Part shown: in pieces, positions 1 through 5,455 of the stretch | Layout: each line of letters starts with the position of its first letter | Position numbering within the stretch: position 1 is the stretch's first letter | Assembly: GCA_041562555.1 (NCBI GenBank) | Contig: JBFEXS010000079.1 | Coordinates: forward strand, 1-10,384 | Length of the DNA: 10,384 nucleotides | DNA from: Sulfurimonadaceae bacterium | Lineage (GTDB): Bacteria > Campylobacterota > Campylobacteria > Campylobacterales > Sulfurimonadaceae | Direction: 5' to 3' | The notes under the pieces: model-generated | The model's database searches: none | Told to the model about the DNA's origin: nothing | What the model saw: the letters and a program-made list of their open reading frames with translations, nothing else | Program-made: the position numbers and the translations under genes

Positions 1-86
1 ATATCAATAACTTATTAATTTTTATAATACCATAATTAAAGGGAGAATGAAAAGCTATAAAAAATTACAGACATAAAGACAATGCT

Positions 87-599
87 TTATGCCTCTTTGT
101 CAACCTTTGAAAGATCCAGCTGAATGGCATCATTATCCATGACACCTATAGGCTGTGCAAGCATATCATCAGCGATCTGTTTGGCATCTTCCAGGGAATG
201 CATTTTGTACGTCCCGCATTGATAGACGTTCAACTCCGGGATGTCCGACTGATGCTGAACTTTTTTGACATCTTCCATAGATGCTTTCCATGCCTCGGCC
301 ACTTCTTCTTCAGAAGGAGTACCGATCGTACTCATGTAAAAACCTGTCCGGCATCCCATTGGAGAGACATCGATGATCTCTGTAGTATCCGAATTAAGGT
401 GTTCACGAATAAATCCTGCAAAAAGATGTTCAAGGGTATGGATACCTGTTTCATTCATCATCTTTTTGTTCGGCTCGTAAAAGCGCAGATCATATACTGT
501 GATATCATCTCCTGAAGGAGTCTTCATCTTTTTTGCAAGACGTACCGCCGGTGCTTTCATGATAGTATGGTCAACGCAGAAGCTATCTAATAAAGGCAT
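87..599 (-). CDS. luxS: S-ribosylhomocysteine lyase (AI-2 synthase LuxS)
   Basis: 170 aa. Has the characteristic N-terminus MPLLDSFxVDH, the metal motif [15 protein letters not shown] with the catalytic Cys, and QCG with the third metal ligand. AAGGA RBS lies just upstream of the ATG. Confidence 0.98.
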   Translation of the reverse strand: MPLLDSFCVDHTIMKAPAVRLAKKMKTPSGDDITVYDLRFYEPNKKMMNETGIHTLEHLFAGFIREHLNSDTTEIIDVSPMGCRTGFYMSTIGTPSEEEVAEAWKASMEDVKKVQHQSDIPELNVYQCGTYKMHSLEDAKQIADDMLAQPIGVMDNDAIQLDLSKVDKEA

Positions 600-696
600 T
601 TTTTTCCTTATTTGTATCGTTATTGTGGATCAGATAAATCTTTTGTATGGTAACAGATTAACATTAAAAAAGGGCAAATATATAAAGTAAAACCGT

Positions 697-957
697 TTAC
701 TTAATCTTGAGTAGAGTTATAAGCAAAGGTAGATATGCGGACACCCTATTGGGAAGTTCTGTTTCAAGAAACCATTTGGACAGGATATCCACCATTCTTG
801 CAAACTCCATATGCTCTATCTCGGCAGAGATATTCGGAAGTTCTCTTTGTCTTTCAATATGATGCAGGTTCAGCTTACAGCTGTTTACATCGGCTTTATA
901 AAGGTTTCCTTTTTCCAGAGCACGGAGCTTTTGTTTGCATTTCTCTAGAGTTTCCAT
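697..957 (-). CDS. Hypothetical protein, third gene of the elaB/yqjD-yqjE-like cassette (positional analogue of YqjK)
   Basis: 86-aa ORF whose start overlaps the end of the upstream ORF by 13 nt (945-957). N-terminus is helical and charged; C-terminal tail is hydrophobic (YLPLLITLLKIK). No recognised motif and no clear SD. Confidence 0.65.
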   Translation of the reverse strand: METLEKCKQKLRALEKGNLYKADVNSCKLNLHHIERQRELPNISAEIEHMEFARMVDILSKWFLETELPNRVSAYLPLLITLLKIK

Positions 958-1217
958 TTGATCAGACCCAATAACATGACAGCAATGAGCAAACTAACAC
1001 CAGCAAGAATGAAACTTGCCACATACGTGCTCATAAAACATGTCAGATACGCATACAACCCATAGATGAATAACACATACGCACCCAGAACAAAAAAAGC
1101 AAAAATGATCAATAAAACAAATGAGATAAGCAGTTTTATGATTTCCTGCTTTAATGTACGTCCCTCGGCTTCAGCCAGCTCAAAAATCGCAATAATATAT
1201 TCGGAAACAGACCCCAT
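945..1217 (-). CDS. Small two-TM membrane protein, YqjE / phage-holin-family-like
   Basis: 90 aa. The N-terminal amphipathic segment FELAEAE resembles YqjE-type 'LELAxxE', followed by two long hydrophobic helices. Starts 3 nt after the DUF883-like gene. Confidence 0.75.
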   Translation of the reverse strand: MGSVSEYIIAIFELAEAEGRTLKQEIIKLLISFVLLIIFAFFVLGAYVLFIYGLYAYLTCFMSTYVASFILAGVSLLIAVMLLGLIKWKL

Positions 1218-1220
1218 AAG

Positions 1221-1472
1221 CTACCTCAATACTCTGGCGGCGATAAAACCTATCCCTGCAGCGATCGCGAGGCTCTTCAAGGGAGATTTCTTCACTTCAT
1301 CCGAGAGTGTCTGAGCCATTTGCATCGCATCGTCCTTGGAGATATGCAGTTTGCTTTCGAGCTGATCTAACAGCTCCTCCTGCTTACTCGGCTTTTTCTC
1401 TTCATGTTTGAGTCTTTCCAACTCTTCACTTAAGGCTTTGACTTGTTCTTTTAATGCATCTATTTCATTCAT
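1221..1472 (-). CDS. ElaB/YqjD/DUF883-family tail-anchored membrane protein
   Basis: Coiled-coil-like charged N-terminus and C-terminal KSPLKSLAIAAGIGFIAARVLR, matching the DUF883 pattern P-x-x-hydrophobic-AAGxG plus a basic tail. Start moved to ATG 1472 (MNEID, 83 aa) because AAGGAG (1478-1483) lies 5 nt upstream of it. Confidence 0.8.
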   Translation of the reverse strand: MNEIDALKEQVKALSEELERLKHEEKKPSKQEELLDQLESKLHISKDDAMQMAQTLSDEVKKSPLKSLAIAAGIGFIAARVLR

Positions 1473-1490
1473 CACCACTCCTTCAGATCC

Positions 1491-1496
1491 ATTATA
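1491..1496 (-). promoter_or_regulatory. Putative sigma70 -10 box for the elaB/yqjD-like cassette
   Basis: Perfect TATAAT on the minus strand, preceded by a T-run and 7 nt upstream of the AAGGAG RBS. Confidence 0.6.
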
Positions 1497-1574
1497 CTAA
1501 AAAAATGATGAGAGCACTTACATACGAAATGTCTCTAATCTCCCTTTTTTAGTTTTTTTTATATTTAGACAAGT

Positions 1575-1580
1575 TATACT
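1575..1580 (+). promoter_or_regulatory. Putative sigma70 -10 box for the cNMP-protein/AI-2E operon
   Basis: TATACT preceded by spaced T-runs (about 1545-1566), as is typical of Campylobacterota promoters; 34 nt upstream of ATG 1615. Confidence 0.5.
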
Positions 1581-1614
1581 AAGTCACTTTAGGAAATCAT
1601 CACAAAGAGTTCAG

Positions 1615-2106
1615 ATGCAAGTTAGTGCTATATGGGATAATTTTTTTACTACGGACGAGAAAAAAAATGATATTGACTTTTTACAGAGTATTCCATTATT
1701 TGACTCCTTAAAGCATTCGGAGATCGTCCGTTTGGAACGTAACCTGCATGATCGCCACTTCAGTAAAGGAGAGGAGATCTTTTTTGAGGGTGAGCCTGGA
1801 GCTGCCCTGTATATCATCAAAGAAGGCAAAGTAGATATCTATAAAAACTATGAGGAGGAAAAGATCCTCTTGGCATCTCTTGGGGAGGGGACCTTTTTCG
1901 GTGAACTGGCACTCTTTGACGAATCTCCACGAAGTGCGACAGCCGTAGCTTCAAAAGATACGCTTTTGTTGGCTTTTTCCAAACCAAGTCTTGCTCTTTT
2001 CTCAGAAAAAAACCCTTCCATAGGTTTTAAAATCAGTATGCGTCTGGGTGAGATCCTTTCCCAGCGTTTACGCGCGGCAAATGATCAGATAGAAGAAGCA
2101 CGATGA
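1615..2106 (+). CDS. Stand-alone cyclic-nucleotide-binding domain protein (no HTH)
   Basis: 163 aa. Contains 'IPLF', FxxGExIFxEGEPGxxLYIIxxGxV, the phosphate-binding cassette FFGELALFDESPRSATAVA and a CRP-like C-helix LSQRLR. Ends before any DNA-binding domain. Confidence 0.92.
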   Translation: MQVSAIWDNFFTTDEKKNDIDFLQSIPLFDSLKHSEIVRLERNLHDRHFSKGEEIFFEGEPGAALYIIKEGKVDIYKNYEEEKILLASLGEGTFFGELALFDESPRSATAVASKDTLLLAFSKPSLALFSEKNPSIGFKISMRLGEILSQRLRAANDQIEEAR

Positions 2107-3155
2107 GCAACTATATCGGAATCAAAAGTTTTTACTATCTTGTGCTCGCATTGATCGTCTTTATCATTGCCTATAGTATTCAATCTCTTTTTATTCCTCT
2201 GCTTATCGCATTCCTATTAGCCAATATTTTGCGTCCCATCATTAACTTTTTCGAAGTTAAAGGTGCTTCACAACTCAGTATCATCATCACGATCTATGTA
2301 CTGGCCACACTCTTTTTTGTACTTTTCTTCACCCTTGTTACGCCCCTTATGCTTGAACAGGCAACCATGCTCGGAAAAGAACTTCCCCAATACATGGAGG
2401 GTACCAAAGAGTCCATACTCTCCCTTGAAAACACACTAAGAGCCAAACTACCCTTTTTAGAGACACCTGACCTCGCACTGCTGGCGCAAAACTATATTAC
2501 GGATATGATATCAAGTATCACAGCCTATATCTCAGAGAACATCTCTGCCATCATCTCCATATTCTCTTTTTCACTTATCGTGCCATTTATCTCTTTTTTC
2601 ATCCTAAAAGACATGCATTTGATGCAGCGCACCCTGCTCTCATATGTTCCTAACCGCTATTTTGAGATGTTTGTCCTGCTCTTTTATAAAGTCGGAAACT
2701 CTATTCAACTCTATATACGTGGACAGCTTATTGATGCTTCCTTTGTTGGATTTATGACAGGTCTGGGCCTGAGTATTATCGGCTTTCCTTATGCAGTAAT
2801 CGTAGGGCTGGTAGCAGGTATCGGAAATTTCGTGCCTTATTTCGGACCGATCCTTGGTGCTATACCGGCAGTACTCATTATCATCGTAACACCTGAATGG
2901 AGTACTGCTTCAGGAATAATGATGGTCGTCTCCGTCTTCTTGCTGGTACAGATCGTTGAAACGATCTTTGTCTATCCCTATGCTGTCGGAAGTTCCGTCA
3001 ACCTCCACCCACTGCTTATTATCATGGCACTTTTGGTGGGAGGAGAGGTCGCAGGCATCATGGGTATGATCATTATCATCCCGCTGGCAGCTATCTTGAA
3101 AGTGACCTTTGAACTACTTTACAAATACCTGCGCGAATACAAGATCATACGTTAG
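2103..3155 (+). CDS. AI-2E family (PerM/TqsA/UPF0118) transporter
   Basis: 350-aa multi-TM protein with family motifs PLLIAFLLA..LRP, FFILKD, YIRGQ, NFVPYFGP, and P...G..VNLHPL...ALLVGG...GIMG...IP. ATGA overlap with the upstream gene. Confidence 0.93.
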   Translation: MSNYIGIKSFYYLVLALIVFIIAYSIQSLFIPLLIAFLLANILRPIINFFEVKGASQLSIIITIYVLATLFFVLFFTLVTPLMLEQATMLGKELPQYMEGTKESILSLENTLRAKLPFLETPDLALLAQNYITDMISSITAYISENISAIISIFSFSLIVPFISFFILKDMHLMQRTLLSYVPNRYFEMFVLLFYKVGNSIQLYIRGQLIDASFVGFMTGLGLSIIGFPYAVIVGLVAGIGNFVPYFGPILGAIPAVLIIIVTPEWSTASGIMMVVSVFLLVQIVETIFVYPYAVGSSVNLHPLLIIMALLVGGEVAGIMGMIIIIPLAAILKVTFELLYKYLREYKIIR

Positions 3156-3789
3156 CGATATAACGGACTGCTGCTAAAGCATCATCCTGTATAACAGAGG
3201 CCATTGTCTTCAACTGTTCCATCGTCTCATACCCCGAAGTCACCGCGACAGAGTTTATCTTTGCATTCATCGCAGATTCGATATCAAGACGGGTGTCTCC
3301 TATCATCCAGCAGATATCATCCTGGGCATGCATCATCTCTATCGCTTTTTGGATCGGTTGCGCATCGGGCTTTGGCCTCTGCACATCTTCACGTCCGATC
3401 AAGACCTCAAAGGCATCCATCACGCCAAAATGCTCTAGCAATTCGCGGGAAAACTTTCCCGTCTTTGTCGTCACTACACCAAGTCTGGCTATTTTTCTAG
3501 CCTCATCAATCGCTTCCCTTGCGCCCTCAAGTAAAAGTGTTTTCTCTTTAAAGACCGTTGCATAATAGGCCTTATAGGTAGCGACAAAATCCCATACCAT
3601 TTCCTCGGGTACCTTGAACTCCCGGTACATCGCATCCAGGGGATGACCGATCTGAGCCTTGATCTCATCATCACTCGGATGTGGATGCGTATATACATCA
3701 AAGGAGTGATGGAAACCTTCTAAAATGGCCTCAGTAGAGTCAATCAAGGTACCGTCCAGATCAAATAAGATCGTCATTGCCCTACTCAT
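3145..3789 (-). CDS. HAD-superfamily hydrolase, phosphoglycolate-phosphatase (Gph)-like
   Basis: Motif I FDLDGTLIDS, motif II VVTTK, motif III KPD, motif IV MIGDTRLD. GGAG lies 8 nt upstream of ATG 3789; an alternative start is at 3777. Overlaps the upstream SBP gene by 8 nt. Confidence 0.92.
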   Translation of the reverse strand: MSRAMTILFDLDGTLIDSTEAILEGFHHSFDVYTHPHPSDDEIKAQIGHPLDAMYREFKVPEEMVWDFVATYKAYYATVFKEKTLLLEGAREAIDEARKIARLGVVTTKTGKFSRELLEHFGVMDAFEVLIGREDVQRPKPDAQPIQKAIEMMHAQDDICWMIGDTRLDIESAMNAKINSVAVTSGYETMEQLKTMASVIQDDALAAVRYIANV

Positions 3790-5290
3790 TGTCTATTCTC
3801 CAGTCTATCTGATTGTGCCAGAAACCATTCACGGTCGGTTCGATCGGATTAATGGCTTTATTGATCACGCTGATACTGTTTGGAATATATAAAAAGAGAT
3901 AAGCATTATCTGCGACGACATCCTTGAATATCTCTTTTTGCACCTGGGCCAATGCCTCTCTATCTACGATACCTTCAGCTTTTTTTATCAAGGCATCCAC
4001 CTTCGTGTTCCTGTAGCCTATAAAGTTAAACGCTCCCGGCTTGTCATTATCCGAATGCCATACAAGATACGGATCCGGACTGAGTGAAAGGGACCAGCCA
4101 AGCAGTACCGTATCAAACTCTCTGGGGAAAACCACCATATTCAAAAATGCCTGCCATTCCATAACCCGTAATTTAACCTCTACACCTATCCTAGCCAACT
4201 GATGTTGAATGATCTGAGCTGCATAGGGACGGACTTCAGAAGAGTTGGATGTAGCGATCTCAAAACGCAGAGGGTTCCTTTGATTATATCCGGCCTCCCG
4301 TAAAAGTCGCTTGGCCTTTTCCATATCCAATGAGGGTGCTTTGACCTCTTCATTGAAAGCAAGTCCTCCCGGTAAAAAAGGACCTGTACAGACCTGACCA
4401 TGCCCCAAGAAGAGGATATCCACCAACTCTTGTCTATCAATTCCCAAAGTGAGCGCTTCACGCACCCGTGCATCTTTAAACTTCTCTTTTCGCAGGTTAA
4501 AGCCCAGATAGGTGTACGAATGTGAAATCTGCTCAATACGTTGATAATGGGTAAAGAACGCCTCATCTACCTGACGTTCCAACTGCATGGGTTCCAAGGA
4601 ACCAATATCGATCTGCCGTGAACGCAACATCAAGAAACGTGTAGTCGGATCTGCGATCACGTGAAAGGATATCTTGTCTATATAGGGCTTATGCTCAAAG
4701 TAGTCTTCATTGGCACTGAGTTCGATGTTTTTTGAAAACTCCAGCTTACTCAAGCGATAGGGACCAGTGCCCACCGGATTTTTGTTGAAAGAGGATCCCA
4801 TGATGTTTTCCTCTTTCTCTAAGATGTGCTTCGGCACGATCTGCATCATCCAGGTCTCCAGTGCTTTAAAATAGGGTTTTTTATACCTTACTTCCACCGT
4901 AAAACTGTCCAGTGCCTTTACGGATTCGACCATTCTAAAGGTAGAGGTATAAGGCGTCACAACCTTGGGTGAATGTATTAGATCATAAGTAAATACCACG
5001 TCATCCGCACTAAACGGTCTGCCGTCATGCCATTTGACATTATGACGCAGATGAAAGATCAGTGTCCTGTCGTCTTTAAACGTATACGAAGATGCCAGAT
5101 CACCGATGATATTCTTCCCGCTTTTGTCATATTTCACCAGGGCGTTAAAGATGAAACCGGCGATTTCGGAACTTCCGGCATCCGTGGCCAACAAAGGGTT
5201 TAGTCGGGAGGGATTACTTGAAGTGTTTAGATGCAGTGTTGACGCTGATAAAAAGGTACAAATCGTTAAAAAGACTATTAGATGTTTCAT
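3782..5290 (-). CDS. ABC-transporter substrate-binding protein, family 5 (peptide/nickel; AppA/DppA-like)
   Basis: 502 aa with a signal peptide and family motifs LNP, LRxxVKWHDGxPFSADDVVFT, PVGTGPY, YLGFN, VRxALxxGIDR. Confidence 0.93.
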   Translation of the reverse strand: MKHLIVFLTICTFLSASTLHLNTSSNPSRLNPLLATDAGSSEIAGFIFNALVKYDKSGKNIIGDLASSYTFKDDRTLIFHLRHNVKWHDGRPFSADDVVFTYDLIHSPKVVTPYTSTFRMVESVKALDSFTVEVRYKKPYFKALETWMMQIVPKHILEKEENIMGSSFNKNPVGTGPYRLSKLEFSKNIELSANEDYFEHKPYIDKISFHVIADPTTRFLMLRSRQIDIGSLEPMQLERQVDEAFFTHYQRIEQISHSYTYLGFNLRKEKFKDARVREALTLGIDRQELVDILFLGHGQVCTGPFLPGGLAFNEEVKAPSLDMEKAKRLLREAGYNQRNPLRFEIATSNSSEVRPYAAQIIQHQLARIGVEVKLRVMEWQAFLNMVVFPREFDTVLLGWSLSLSPDPYLVWHSDNDKPGAFNFIGYRNTKVDALIKKAEGIVDREALAQVQKEIFKDVVADNAYLFLYIPNSISVINKAINPIEPTVNGFWHNQIDWRIDNE

Positions 5291-5297
5291 GGGAGAT

Positions 5298-5303
5298 ATT
5301 ATA
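5298..5303 (-). promoter_or_regulatory. Sigma70 -10 box positioned for leaderless transcription of the SBP gene
   Basis: Minus strand reads GC-TATAAT-ATCTCCC-ATG: 7 nt between the -10 box and the ATG, with no SD. Confidence 0.7.
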
Positions 5304-5416
5304 GCGGAAGAAATGTATTCTAAGACTTCTCAACCCTATAAAAGTTCAACGCAACGTTAAGCAAAAAACAGGGGTGATCATGCAGCAGGCAGTCCTGCCC
5401 AAAAGAGGACATAAGA

Positions 5417-5450
5417 TGAGTGCAGAAGCGAAGTTTCTCCCGCAAGCTCA
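5417..5450 (-). terminator. Stem-loop directly after the MCP stop (possible terminator or 3' stabiliser)
   Basis: Minus strand TGAG-CT-TGCGGGAG-AAACTTCG-CTTCTGCA-CTCA. Two G-U pairs form only on the minus strand. The tail is only weakly U-rich (TCTTAT). Confidence 0.45.
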
Positions 5451-5455
5451 CAGTT

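Noticed and set aside
945..1217. Prophage lysis gene, because of the holin-like family name
   Set aside because: No endolysin, integrase or other phage gene is nearby, and the position after a DUF883-like gene fits the cellular yqjD-yqjE arrangement.
198..1314. Plus-strand ORFs 198-515, 499-690, 735-974 and 1066-1314
   Set aside because: They are antisense shadows of luxS and the small-gene cassette, with no RBS or recognisable motifs.
1615..2106. Crp/Fnr transcription factor, or a Pycsar/CBASS-type defence effector
   Set aside because: There is no HTH after the C-helix and the stop is coupled to the next gene. No cyclase, TIR or other defence gene is in the window.
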